This document shows positions 39,193-49,146 of a stretch of DNA of 64,000 nt, in pieces. Origin of the DNA: an uncultured Verrucomicrobiae bacterium (GTDB taxonomy: Bacteria; Verrucomicrobiota; Verrucomicrobiia; Chthoniobacterales; UBA10450); the NCBI GenBank assembly GCA_963735805.1, contig CAVTMK010000002.1, positions 544,001 to 608,000 of the forward strand, written 5' to 3'. Under the pieces are notes generated by a model. It searched no databases and was not told the origin of the DNA. It saw nothing but the letters and a program-made list of their open reading frames with translations. Position 1 is the first letter of the stretch. Each line of letters starts with the position of its first letter. The position numbers and the translations under genes are program-made.

Positions 39193-40166
39193 TGAGCGAG
39201 GTTCGAGAATGGCCGCGAATCGCCGTGGTCGGCGCTGGAGCCGTTGGCGGTTACTTCGGGGGGACCTTGGCTCGAGCGGGCGCACCAACGGTTTTCATTG
39301 GGCGAAAACATTTCGTGGACGCCGTGAACGCGAAAGGCCTTGTTCTGGACAAATCGGAAGGCCAGCAGCAAATCGTTGGCACGGCGACAACCGATATGAG
39401 CGCGGTCCGAGATTGCTCGCTGATTCTGTTTTGCGTAAAAGCACATGCTACCTCGGCGACCGCGGCACAAATGGCTCCATTCGTCAGGCCGGATGCTACC
39501 GTCGTCTGCCTGCAGAACGGCGTCGACAATGCGCAGCGCGTTCGTGCGGCAACAAATATCCTTTCCTTGCCTGCTGTGGTATATGTCGCAGTCTCCGCGC
39601 CGGAGCCGGGACGCGTGAAGCATTTGGCCCGGGGTGATTTGATCATTGGACCGCCATCGGAAAAAACAACGGAAATAGCAAACGTTTTCGATCGGGCAGG
39701 CATTTCGTGCCGAATCTCGGAGAATATCGAAGGCGAACTATGGGTAAAACTACTGTGCAATTGCGCGCTGAACGCAATCTCTGCGTTAGGACGTGTGACC
39801 TATGGCGGAATTATGCAGGACGACAATGCAAGAAAACTGATGGAGGACGTCGTCGATGAAGTGCTGGCGGTGGCTCGGGCCGCTGGCGTCGTTTTGCCGG
39901 GCGTGCGCGACCGCGAGTCGGGGATTGCGGCAGCGACGGAAATTGCGACGCAAATGGCGGACGCGTTCTCTTCGACTGCACAGGATTTGAATCGCCAGCG
40001 GGTGACAGAGATCGACGCATTGAACGGCTATATCGTGCGTCGCGGCGCAGAGATAGGCGTGCAAGTGCCCGTCAACAACGCGTTGTTCACGCTCGTGAAA
40101 TTGGCCGAGCGAAGCAGCGCGATGGTCGACGTTTCTGATCAGCGATCACCTCGCCGCCCGGCGTAG
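39192..40166 (+). CDS. panE: 2-dehydropantoate 2-reductase family
   Basis: GAGAVGGYFG, CVK, LQNG, LWVKLLCNCALN, SSTAQD and TEIDALNG. Confidence 0.88.
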   Translation: MSEVREWPRIAVVGAGAVGGYFGGTLARAGAPTVFIGRKHFVDAVNAKGLVLDKSEGQQQIVGTATTDMSAVRDCSLILFCVKAHATSATAAQMAPFVRPDATVVCLQNGVDNAQRVRAATNILSLPAVVYVAVSAPEPGRVKHLARGDLIIGPPSEKTTEIANVFDRAGISCRISENIEGELWVKLLCNCALNAISALGRVTYGGIMQDDNARKLMEDVVDEVLAVARAAGVVLPGVRDRESGIAAATEIATQMADAFSSTAQDLNRQRVTEIDALNGYIVRRGAEIGVQVPVNNALFTLVKLAERSSAMVDVSDQRSPRRPA

Positions 40167-40183
40167 CACACGTGTGTCGCCTG

Positions 40184-40651
40184 TTAACCTTTGTCGTAAA
40201 CGGCTTTGCCGCTGAACTTTTTTCCGTTTGGATCGGTCCCGTTAGTCGTTACCGTGCGCGATTTGCCGTCTGGTGCGACTGTGATTTTACCGCTCCATAC
40301 CACTTTGCCATCCTTTAACGCAGTTATGTCATTGGTGCGGTCGTTTACCGTCTTGTAGGCGACGGCGTTGAGTGACGGACTGCCTTTCAGTGGATAAGCT
40401 TTTCCATCGAACTTACCGACCCAAACGCTGTGCACAGGTTTCCCAGCCTTATCAACGCCGTCCACAGTTATCTTAATTTTGTCTTTCTGCTCTGCGTAAG
40501 TGACTGTCGTATTTTTCCCCATCCCTGGCACGAGCTTCGACTTCGCCTCATTGAGCTTCCAGGTGCCCGTGTGAGGGTTCGCCGCAAGAGAAGCTACTGT
40601 CATCGCAAACGACAGGACGACAGCGATTACTGCAATTCGAGTTTTTAGCAT
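40184..40651 (-). CDS. secreted hypothetical beta-barrel-like protein
   Basis: Signal peptide MLKTRIAVIAVVLSFAMTVASLA followed by GTWKLNEAKS; start trimmed from 40873. Confidence 0.75.
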   Translation of the reverse strand: MLKTRIAVIAVVLSFAMTVASLAANPHTGTWKLNEAKSKLVPGMGKNTTVTYAEQKDKIKITVDGVDKAGKPVHSVWVGKFDGKAYPLKGSPSLNAVAYKTVNDRTNDITALKDGKVVWSGKITVAPDGKSRTVTTNGTDPNGKKFSGKAVYDKG

Positions 40652-40821
40652 TGGGTGATTGCGCTGGAAACGGCGCGGAATGTCAATAGTCAATTTGAGA
40701 CGCTGAAGAGGCACTCGACCAAGCTGTTCGTGTTCACGCTTTTGCTTTTGTTCTTTCGTCAGCATTCCGTGCTCGCTAATAAAGTCATTGTGGAACCAAC
40801 TCATATGAAGGGAGTGCGGAC

Positions 40822-42435
40822 ATGTTCGTGCTAAGCGAAAGCGATCAAGCCGCGCACAGTAGTTTGGTGACAAAGGTGTGCATCGCGCGAGTTGTCACAA
40901 AAATATTCGTTTGTCTTCTAATCGTCTGCGTCTGGCAAGAGACTGGAGCCGCCGAACCGACCAAGCCCGACCAAGGGTTGGAAACGCGGATTCAGGGTCT
41001 GATCCCTGAGATTGAGCGTTACATCACGAGTGGAATGAAATCCTTCGATGTGCCGGGGTTGGCGATTGGGATCGTCGCGAATGACAAGCTCGTTTATGGC
41101 AAAGGTTTCGGAGTCCGTGCCAAGGAGGGGGACGGCACGGTTGATACCAAGACTGTCTTTCAGATCGGCTCGGCCACCAAAGCCTTTCTCGGCACGACGC
41201 TTGCCATCATGGTCGATCGCGGCCGATTCAAGTGGGACGACAGGGTGGTCGATCTCTATCCGGATTTTCAAATGAAAGACCCCTGGGTCACGCGCGAATT
41301 CCGCGTCTTCGATCTGATCGCCCAACGCTCGAGCCTGCCGCCTTATGCTAACGACATGCTGGGAATGGTCGGGGTCAGCGAGCCTGACATGATTCGCTCC
41401 TTGCGCTATGTCGACCCGGTTTCCAGTTTCCGTTCTACGTTCGCTTATACAAACATCACTCATGTACTGGCCGGTCGGATTGTGGCGAAAGCGGCGGGCG
41501 CTGCGGATTGGAACACGGTTCTGCGCCAGGAATTACTTGAGCCGCTCGGCATGAAAGATTCGTCCTACACAGCCGCGGCCATCGCGACCGCGTCTAATCA
41601 CGCCGAAGGTTACCGTTGGACTCCTCAGGGCACTGTCGCAGTGCCCTTCACACAACTCTTCCCTTATGATTTCGGTGGCGCAGGCGATATCAATTCCAAT
41701 ATCGAGGATACTGCGCGCTGGGTCCGGTTCCAACTGTCCGACGGCATGTTTGAGGGCCGACGTCTTGTGTCGCCGGAGAACCTGGCGCAGACCCGCACAC
41801 CTAAAGTCGCGCTAAACGATAAAGTTTCTTATGCTCTGGGCTGGGTCGTGCAGCAAACGCCGAAAGGCAATATCATTTGGCACAATGGCGGTACGACGAG
41901 CTTCGGTGCGTACGTTGGTTTCGCTCCGGAGACAGGGGTCGGTGTTATAATTCTCACAAACGAAAGCAATGTTGGTTTCCCTGATGCGTTGGGGCTATGG
42001 ACCCTCGATCGGCTGCTCGGCAATCCATCTGTCGATCACGTCGCCAAGACGCTTGAAGCTGCGAAGGCGAAATACGAAGGCACGCAAAAGCAGTTCGCCA
42101 GGCCCAGCAAGCCGCGCTCCTCTCCACCGCTCGCATCGCTTGCCGGTAACTTCGCGAACGGGAGTTTCGGTAAGGCTGTGGTACGGCCGGAAGGCGATGC
42201 ACTGACGATGGAATTTCAAGCTACAGACGCTCAGTTCAAATTGGAACCATGGGATGGCGACGTCTTCGCGGTCCGCGTGATACCGAACGGACGTTTTGCT
42301 GCAATGGCCAAGAACCTTGGCGACGAACCGAACGGATTGGCGCAATTCCAGGCAGACGCCGCCGGCAAGCCCGCGGTATTGCGCATCACCCTTGACGACG
42401 GACAGTCGTACGATTTCCGACGCGAAGCGAAGTAG
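40822..42435 (+). CDS. serine hydrolase, beta-lactamase/PBP class C-like, with C-terminal extension
   Basis: SxxK (SATK), YxN (YTN), HNG; signal peptide; exact start uncertain. Confidence 0.88.
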   Translation: MFVLSESDQAAHSSLVTKVCIARVVTKIFVCLLIVCVWQETGAAEPTKPDQGLETRIQGLIPEIERYITSGMKSFDVPGLAIGIVANDKLVYGKGFGVRAKEGDGTVDTKTVFQIGSATKAFLGTTLAIMVDRGRFKWDDRVVDLYPDFQMKDPWVTREFRVFDLIAQRSSLPPYANDMLGMVGVSEPDMIRSLRYVDPVSSFRSTFAYTNITHVLAGRIVAKAAGAADWNTVLRQELLEPLGMKDSSYTAAAIATASNHAEGYRWTPQGTVAVPFTQLFPYDFGGAGDINSNIEDTARWVRFQLSDGMFEGRRLVSPENLAQTRTPKVALNDKVSYALGWVVQQTPKGNIIWHNGGTTSFGAYVGFAPETGVGVIILTNESNVGFPDALGLWTLDRLLGNPSVDHVAKTLEAAKAKYEGTQKQFARPSKPRSSPPLASLAGNFANGSFGKAVVRPEGDALTMEFQATDAQFKLEPWDGDVFAVRVIPNGRFAAMAKNLGDEPNGLAQFQADAAGKPAVLRITLDDGQSYDFRREAK

Positions 42436-42443
42436 GAGGACAT

Positions 42444-42968
42444 ATGCCGATTACTGCCTTTAGCAATTTCACCGACGGTCTCGACCCCGATCGAAGGAGT
42501 CGCGAACACTTCATCGCCAATACCAATCTGGAGGACGACGCGCTCTGGGTTCCCTATGCGGATGGCGTCTGGTTTCAGCCGTGCTGCTTTAACGTAACGT
42601 CTGGAGGATTCACCCTCGTTCTGAAAGGTCTTCCCGGCTCGATGGTGGGAACCCATTACCATGTTGGCACTGTTCATGGCTATACGATGCGAGGTCACTG
42701 GCGCTACCTGGAGCATGATTGGATTGCAAAGCCTGGAACGTACATTTACGAGCCAGCTGGCGAAGCGCACACACTGGTTATCACGGAAGATTCACCTGGA
42801 CCAATGATGGCGTTCTTCGTGGTCGAAGGGGGACTTATCTATTTAGATAAACCGACAAACGGCAGCTTCACTGCATATGAGGATGGGTTCACGCTCCTCG
42901 AGCTGACCCGGAAGCATTACCGCGAAGCCGGGCTGGACGTGAGAGAACTGGACGCCCTTATTCGTTGA
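42444..42968 (+). CDS. cupin, 2,4'-dihydroxyacetophenone dioxygenase-like
   Basis: HYH...WRYLEHDW...YEPAGEAHTL. Confidence 0.82.
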   Translation: MPITAFSNFTDGLDPDRRSREHFIANTNLEDDALWVPYADGVWFQPCCFNVTSGGFTLVLKGLPGSMVGTHYHVGTVHGYTMRGHWRYLEHDWIAKPGTYIYEPAGEAHTLVITEDSPGPMMAFFVVEGGLIYLDKPTNGSFTAYEDGFTLLELTRKHYREAGLDVRELDALIR

Positions 42969-42972
42969 ATGC

Positions 42973-44013
42973 ATGCGAGCGGTACGACTCACGCAAGTCG
43001 GGAAACCGCTTCAGGAAGCGGAGATTGATCGTCCGGAAATTGGTGCGTCGGACGTTTTGATTCGAGTTGCAGCGTCCGGGATCTGCCATTCCGACGAACA
43101 TTATCGCGCCGGCATTTCACGGATTGACCGTTTGCCGGTGACGCTCGGCCACGAAATCGCAGGTTGGATCGAAAAAGCCGGCGGTGATATCAAACATGTC
43201 ACGCGCGGCGATCGGGCCTGCGTGCATTATCTGGCGCACTGCGGGAACTGTGAGTTTTGCGTTCGCGGCCTGGAACAGTTCTGTCGCACCGGAGAAATGA
43301 TCGGCAAACATCGGGATGGGGGATATGCGGAGTTTGTCAAGGTTCCCGGCAGAAATGCATTCGTGCTGCCCGATGAGATTCCGTTCGAGATTGGCGCCAT
43401 CATGATGTGTTCGTCGGCGACGGCGCTTCATGCGCTGAACAAGGCGCGACTTAAGCCGGGTGAATCGATTGCAATATTCGGTTTCGGTGGCCTGGGATTT
43501 TCTGCGTTGCAGTTGGCGCGAGCGTTTGAGTGCGACCAGATCTACGTCGTGGAGATCAATCCGGCCAAACTCGCTTCAGCCAAAATGCTTGGAGCAATCC
43601 CGATTGACGGAGCGAACGGAAATCCGGTCGAACAAATGTCGGACGCAACGAATGGAAAAGGCGTGGATGTCTCGCTGGAGTTGGTCGGATCGGCCAAGAC
43701 GATGCGACAAGCCGTCCAATGTTTGGGTGCGCTAGGTCGCGCGGCGCTTGTCGGGTTAACCGCGGAATCGATATCGATCTCTCCATACACGGAACTGATC
43801 AACAAGGAGGCCGAGATCGTCGGCGTGTCGGACCATCTCGCGGTTGAACTCCCAACGCTGATCGAGTTCGCCCGCAGCGGCAAACTTCGTTTTCCGCCAG
43901 ACACGTTGCGCTTTGTCGATCTCGACGCGGGACAAATCAACGCGTCACTCGACGCATTTCAAAATTCCATTGATCACGCTAGAACGGTAATAAGAGTGGC
44001 CAGTGACGGGTGA
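42973..44013 (+). CDS. zinc-dependent alcohol dehydrogenase (MDR)
   Basis: GICHSD, GHE, CGNCEFC..C structural Zn site, GFGGLG. Confidence 0.92.
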   Translation: MRAVRLTQVGKPLQEAEIDRPEIGASDVLIRVAASGICHSDEHYRAGISRIDRLPVTLGHEIAGWIEKAGGDIKHVTRGDRACVHYLAHCGNCEFCVRGLEQFCRTGEMIGKHRDGGYAEFVKVPGRNAFVLPDEIPFEIGAIMMCSSATALHALNKARLKPGESIAIFGFGGLGFSALQLARAFECDQIYVVEINPAKLASAKMLGAIPIDGANGNPVEQMSDATNGKGVDVSLELVGSAKTMRQAVQCLGALGRAALVGLTAESISISPYTELINKEAEIVGVSDHLAVELPTLIEFARSGKLRFPPDTLRFVDLDAGQINASLDAFQNSIDHARTVIRVASDG

Positions 44014-44407
44014 CAACTTAACAGAATTTGCAAAGCGCTATGCCGAAGCCTGGTGCAGTCACCATCCGGAGAATGTCGCAGCCTTGTTCGCCGAGAATGG
44101 CTCATTAAGAGTTAACGATGGTGCACCCGCAGTGGGGCGCGCGGCGATTGCGGAGATCGCGCGAGGCTTCATGCGCGATCTTCCCGACATGATCGTGACT
44201 TTCGACAAGCTTGTGCCGCGCGAAGACGCGACTGCCTTTTATTGGACATTGGATGGTACGAACAGTGAACCGGGCGGAACTGGCAATCGCGTTCGAATAA
44301 ACGGTTACGAAGTTTGGAAGATCGACAACGACGGACTGATCGCTGAATCAAAAGGCCATTTCGACGGCGCCGAGTACGAACGCCAGCTCAAACATGGAGT
44401 CGCATGA
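44003..44407 (+). CDS. SnoaL/NTF2-like protein
   Basis: YAEAW..LFAENG..GRAAI pattern. Confidence 0.8.
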   Translation: MTGDNLTEFAKRYAEAWCSHHPENVAALFAENGSLRVNDGAPAVGRAAIAEIARGFMRDLPDMIVTFDKLVPREDATAFYWTLDGTNSEPGGTGNRVRINGYEVWKIDNDGLIAESKGHFDGAEYERQLKHGVA

Positions 44408-44922
44408 GTCTTAACGACCTGGCCAATCTCGGACAAGTCATCGGAGCGATTGCCGTGGTGATTTCACTCATCTATGTCGCGTTGCAGATTCGACAAAACA
44501 CAAACGCAGTTCGCTCCGCCACCGCCCAGACTGTACACGAGCACTTTGCGAATTGGTACCAGCTTATTGCCGGCGATGCCGAGCTTTCCCAAATCGCCGC
44601 GAACGGATTGCGAGACTACGCATCGCTTTCGGAGCAGGAAAGAGTTCGATTCATCGCGACTTTTATGTCGTTCCTGTCCTATTCGCAGAACGCGTTTTTG
44701 AAATGGCGCGAAGGATTGCTTAAGCCAGGCCTGTGGCTGGGTTGGGAGCAGGTGATGATGAACCTCTTCGGCGCGGCGGGTGGCAAGGCGTTTTGGAAAG
44801 AGCGGGGTTATCTGTTTGGCGAGGAATTTCGCCGTTACATCGAGGACGATCTTATGTTAAGAGCGCCGCATCCCGACGCGAAACCGCTGGGCGCCTTCAC
44901 CATCGGTCCACGCACGGAATAA
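44404..44922 (+). CDS. hypothetical protein with N-terminal TM (paralogue of 38671-39192)
   Basis: LGQVIGAIAVVISLIYVALQIRQNT, GGKAFWK. Confidence 0.75.
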   Translation: MSLNDLANLGQVIGAIAVVISLIYVALQIRQNTNAVRSATAQTVHEHFANWYQLIAGDAELSQIAANGLRDYASLSEQERVRFIATFMSFLSYSQNAFLKWREGLLKPGLWLGWEQVMMNLFGAAGGKAFWKERGYLFGEEFRRYIEDDLMLRAPHPDAKPLGAFTIGPRTE

Positions 44923-45030
44923 CTAGCTGGCGTAATCGGCAACGGCCTTAGCCACGTCGAGCGTAGAGGCTTCTCCACCCTCGCCACGGCGAGTCCGTGT
45001 CGCCGCGGCGACCGGACATGTCGTAGGAAA

Positions 45031-46185
45031 TCAAGTGGCGTAGTCCGCAATCGCCTTCGCAACGTCTAACGTGGAATCCTTGCCACCCATGTCGTATGTG
45101 CGCACCTTGCCTTCCGCGATAACGCGGGCGATCGCGGACTCAAGACGCGTGGCCATTTCAGTTTCTTTAAGCCAATCGAACATCAGCTTCGTTGTTAAAA
45201 GCATCGCGATCGGATTCACCTTGTTTTGACCGGCATATTTGGGAGCCGAGCCATGCGTCGGTTCGAATACTGCGTATTTGTCGCCCAGGTTGGCGCTCGG
45301 TGCGAAGCCAAGACCACCTACGAGTCCTGCGCACAAATCGCTCACGATGTCGCCGAACATGTTTTCCGCCACTAACACAGAGTAATCCTGCGGGTTCTTG
45401 AACATCCACATGCAGATGGCGTCGATGTTTACTTCGTCGGCCCAAATGTCCGGGTAACCCTTTGCTACGTCGCGAAAACAGCGCGTCATCAATCCGCCGG
45501 TCTCGCGCAACACGTTCGGTTTCTCAATCAATGTGACCCGCTTGCGTCCAGTCTTCTTTGCGAATTCGAACGCTTCTTTGCAGATGTTGGTGCATCCCTG
45601 CACGCTCATGATCCGGGTGGAGAGCGCAATATTTTCCAGACCAGCCTTGTCCTTCCACTTCTTCATTTTTGGATTTGCGCACAGCGCCGTGTAAACCGAC
45701 TCGGGCAGCGGGAAAAACTCCACGCCGCCGTACATGCCCTCGGTGTTTTCTCGAAACACCACCTGATCGATTGGCACGTCCGCGCCGCTCGGATTTGTGA
45801 TCTTGTTGCCGCGATAATTCAGCGGATTCCCTGGGTAACTTTTACATGGCCGCATGTTCGTGTGGAGATGGAACAGCTGCCGCAGTCCCACGATCGGCGA
45901 GAAATAGCTCAACCCTTTTCCCTGGAGTTCCGGACTCAGTTCTTCTTTTGCCTTGTCTTGTGGTTTACTGGTGATCGCGCCGAATAGCGCACACGTGGTG
46001 CCTTGGAGCGCCTTAACCGTACGATCCGGAAGCGCGTTACCTTCGGTGCACCAAAATTCCCAGCCGATATCGCAAGGCACGTACTCGGCATCAAACTTCA
46101 TCCGGTCGAGAACGATCCGCGTCGCCTCCATCACGTCGTTTCCAACGCCGTCGCCCGGCATCCACGCAATTCTATACTTGGCCAT
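45031..46185 (-). CDS. isocitrate/isopropylmalate dehydrogenase family (homoisocitrate dehydrogenase by context)
   Basis: PGDGVG, RENTEG, KPNV, NMFGDIVSD and FEPTHGSAP. Confidence 0.88.
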   Translation of the reverse strand: MAKYRIAWMPGDGVGNDVMEATRIVLDRMKFDAEYVPCDIGWEFWCTEGNALPDRTVKALQGTTCALFGAITSKPQDKAKEELSPELQGKGLSYFSPIVGLRQLFHLHTNMRPCKSYPGNPLNYRGNKITNPSGADVPIDQVVFRENTEGMYGGVEFFPLPESVYTALCANPKMKKWKDKAGLENIALSTRIMSVQGCTNICKEAFEFAKKTGRKRVTLIEKPNVLRETGGLMTRCFRDVAKGYPDIWADEVNIDAICMWMFKNPQDYSVLVAENMFGDIVSDLCAGLVGGLGFAPSANLGDKYAVFEPTHGSAPKYAGQNKVNPIAMLLTTKLMFDWLKETEMATRLESAIARVIAEGKVRTYDMGGKDSTLDVAKAIADYAT

Positions 46186-46315
46186 AGGAAGGCGACTTTA
46201 CCGGGTCGGCTGGCTGCTGCAAGGGGTGTGTGGTCACAAATTGTGATCGCATCCAAATGCCACCCGACAATTGATATCTTCTCGACGCTTGATTAGGAGA
46301 GAACGATAAACCGTT

Positions 46316-46927
46316 GTGGTCAGCCGTATGAGAAACCAGCCCCCAAACGTTAGAATTCTGACCATCCGTGAACAGAAGGTGGTGCTCGATAGCGATCTCG
46401 CTGCGGTTTACGGCGTGCCCACGAGGCGTCTCAATGAACAGTTTCGACGCAATCGGAAGCGTTTTCCCGAAGACTTCGCCTTTCAACTCACCGCTGAGGA
46501 ATTCGCAGCTTTAACGTCGCAAATTGCGACCTTGGACGAAGGCCGATCAAACAGGGAACCCATCCGGTCGCAATCTGCGACCGGATCCAGCCGTTCGCAG
46601 TCCATGCGGTCGCAAATTGCGACCGCATCCCGGCGAAACATCCGGTATCGTCCATGGGTGTTCACCGAACACGGCGCTCTCCAGGCCGCAAACGTACTGC
46701 GAAGTGATCGTGCCATCGCGATGAGCGTGTATGTGATTCGCGCGTTCATCGAGCAGCGTGAAAAACTGGCGGCAAATGCGGCGATTCTAAAGCGACTAGC
46801 CGAGATCGACAGGACGTTATTGGAACACGACACCGCGCTGCGGGAGATTTATCAAAAACTACTGCCGCTTCTCGCGCCTCCGCCAGAACCTCCGCGCCGG
46901 CAAATCGGATTCAATGCTTCATCATAG
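46316..46927 (+). CDS. ORF6N-domain DNA-binding protein
   Basis: VVLDSDLAAVYGV..LNEQFRRN..RFPEDFAFQLT, FTEHGALQAANVLRS and RRQIGF end; start may be ATG 46328. Confidence 0.88.
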   Translation: MVSRMRNQPPNVRILTIREQKVVLDSDLAAVYGVPTRRLNEQFRRNRKRFPEDFAFQLTAEEFAALTSQIATLDEGRSNREPIRSQSATGSSRSQSMRSQIATASRRNIRYRPWVFTEHGALQAANVLRSDRAIAMSVYVIRAFIEQREKLAANAAILKRLAEIDRTLLEHDTALREIYQKLLPLLAPPPEPPRRQIGFNASS

Positions 46928-46989
46928 GCGCGGTCACCCAGCGCTTTCGAGCCATGTGGTCGCAAATTGCGACCAGTGGAGCCGTTTAC

Positions 46990-47081
46990 TCTAGCCACGG
47001 CGCTGTGTCGCCGTGCTGGGGAGCAGCCCGTAAGAAACGCCTCGACGCTCGCCACAGCGAGTAAACTCTGAGGCGACTACA
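46990..47081. repeat. degenerate GTAG-type REP-like element
   Basis: TCTAGCCACGGCGCTGTGTCGCCGTG...GAGGCGACTACA. Confidence 0.55.
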
Positions 47082-47160
47082 ACACGAACATCTTGCACCA
47101 AAAGAGATCGGGAGGACGAGGGTGCTTTCGCCAGGTCGCCGCGGCGACCGCTATTCACAG

Positions 47161-49146
47161 TTACGTCGCTCCTGGCTTTGCGCGAAGCCGGCTAGCCACC
47201 AGATTTTCGGCGCCGCCGGCGACGATCAACTCCTGCGCGGCTGGACTCAGCGGCGGGAACGAGAATGATTTTCCATCGACACTCAGGATTGATTTAGCGT
47301 AATCGATCGCGATTTCCGGCCCGACCGTAGTGGCCGCGCGGTTAGTGAGCGCTGCACGAAGATGCGTTACTAACTCGGGACATTCGAACACCACGAACCC
47401 GTTATTGAATGCGTTCCGCTTGTAAGTTTCCGAGAAGCTGCCGGCAATCACGCAGGGAATTCCTTTATACTTCAGTGCGGTGGCAGCTTGTTCGCGACTC
47501 GAGCCGGTGCCGAAATTGAATCCGGCGACAACGACATCGCCTTTTTGATAAAGCGCGTTGAAATTCGGGTCGTAATTTTCAAATGTAACCGCCGCCATTT
47601 GTTCGGGCGTCATGTCGTCGCGGTAAGTATGTTTGCCGGCGTAAATGCCGTCGGTATTTAGATTGTCTTTGTCGATAAAGAGAACCCGACCGCGGACGCT
47701 GGACGGGAAACCGTCCATGATCTTCACCGATCCTGCCGGTCTTGATTTCTTTTCCGGTCGTCGGACCGCAGTGCCGGCCAGACGCTCATTGAAATTTGTT
47801 GGCGCGCAAATGAATCCGGCCAGGGCGCTGGCGGCGACAACAGCAGGCGAGGCGAGATAAACCAACGCTTCGCGGTCGCCCATGCGCCCCTTGAAATTGC
47901 GATTGGTCGCGCTGATCGCGGTCTCGCCTTTTTGCACCAACCCGCGCCCGAGTCCGATGCATGCGCCGCAACCGGGCGGGAGCGGAATCGCACCGGCGCC
48001 CAGAAGAGTTTCCCAGTCCCCGTTCGATTCCGATCTGGCCTGCACCTCGGCACTGGCGGGAGCGAGGTAAAATTCCACACCGTCGGCAACGCGTCCGCCC
48101 CGCGCGCGCACCACTTCTGCCGCGTCGTGCAAATCTTCGAAGCGCGCGTTCACGCACGAGAGCAGGTAGGCCTTTTGAATTGGCACCCGTTTCTGTTCCA
48201 TCTCCGGCAACGACACCATCGTTTTGACTTCGTTAGGTCCGGACACGTGAGGAACCACAGTCGCGAGATCCAGCTCCAGCTCGATCGCGTACTCGGCGTC
48301 GGAGTCGGCGTTGAGATCGGTTCGATTTTTCCACCATTCGTCAATATCGGTGTTTGTATAACCGGAGCGGCTTTTCGAACTGCGCGTCCCGGGGCGTTTT
48401 GGATTGGAAAATTCAGGGACACGCGAACGCAAATAGTTCACCGTCACTTCATCAAATGGAAACACGCCTGCCAGTGCGCCCCATTCGGTAGTCATGTTGG
48501 CAATGGTCATTCGCGCGGACATTGGAAGATTTGTTACCCCATCACCGACGAATTCAACGGCGTGATTGAGTACTTCGTCTTTGTTGAACAGTCCGCATAA
48601 CGCGATGATCACGTCCTTCCCGACCACGCCCGGGGAAAGGCTTCCCTTGAGAACTACCTTTGCTATTGGTGGAACCTGCCACCACGTAACGCCGGTCGCC
48701 CAAATACTTGCAGCATCGGTCCGCACAACCGGCGTGCCCAGGGCGGCCATCGCGCCATAGAGATTCGAGTGCGAATCGCTGGCCACTACCATGGCGCCGG
48801 GAACAACGTAGCCTTGTTCCACCATCACCTGGTGCGAAATACCGGTGCCCGCCGGGTAGAAATCGATACCATGCTCGCGAGCGAACGCCTCGATCTTCGC
48901 GTACTTGGCCAGGTTTTCAGGCGAAGTATTTTGGATGTCGTGATCGATCGCAAAGACTGGCTGTGCCGGATCTGCGATGGTAGTCGCGCCGATCTGCTTG
49001 AACTTCGGGATTACCGCACCCGTGTTGTCATGTGTCATTACATGGCGCGGTCGGATCGAAATGAAATCGCCACTGCGAACCGCCGTGTCCGGCGCAAGTC
49101 CATCCGCATGTCTCGCGGCAATCTTCTCAGCCAGCGTCACACCCAT
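47161..49146 (-). CDS. lysF: single-chain homoaconitase-like aconitase family protein
   Basis: MTHDNT, SDSHSN, SCVN, PGCGACIG and ATNRNFKGRMG, with fused swivel domain (NTDGIY, NFGTGSSREQA). Confidence 0.82.
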   Translation of the reverse strand: MGVTLAEKIAARHADGLAPDTAVRSGDFISIRPRHVMTHDNTGAVIPKFKQIGATTIADPAQPVFAIDHDIQNTSPENLAKYAKIEAFAREHGIDFYPAGTGISHQVMVEQGYVVPGAMVVASDSHSNLYGAMAALGTPVVRTDAASIWATGVTWWQVPPIAKVVLKGSLSPGVVGKDVIIALCGLFNKDEVLNHAVEFVGDGVTNLPMSARMTIANMTTEWGALAGVFPFDEVTVNYLRSRVPEFSNPKRPGTRSSKSRSGYTNTDIDEWWKNRTDLNADSDAEYAIELELDLATVVPHVSGPNEVKTMVSLPEMEQKRVPIQKAYLLSCVNARFEDLHDAAEVVRARGGRVADGVEFYLAPASAEVQARSESNGDWETLLGAGAIPLPPGCGACIGLGRGLVQKGETAISATNRNFKGRMGDREALVYLASPAVVAASALAGFICAPTNFNERLAGTAVRRPEKKSRPAGSVKIMDGFPSSVRGRVLFIDKDNLNTDGIYAGKHTYRDDMTPEQMAAVTFENYDPNFNALYQKGDVVVAGFNFGTGSSREQAATALKYKGIPCVIAGSFSETYKRNAFNNGFVVFECPELVTHLRAALTNRAATTVGPEIAIDYAKSILSVDGKSFSFPPLSPAAQELIVAGGAENLVASRLRAKPGAT

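Noticed and set aside
40822..42435. True beta-lactamase resistance gene
   Set aside because: SxxK/YxN/HxG motifs are shared by many esterases and peptidases; substrate cannot be inferred
46316..46927. Prophage, suggested by the ORF6N domain
   Set aside because: No phage structural, replication or integrase genes nearby
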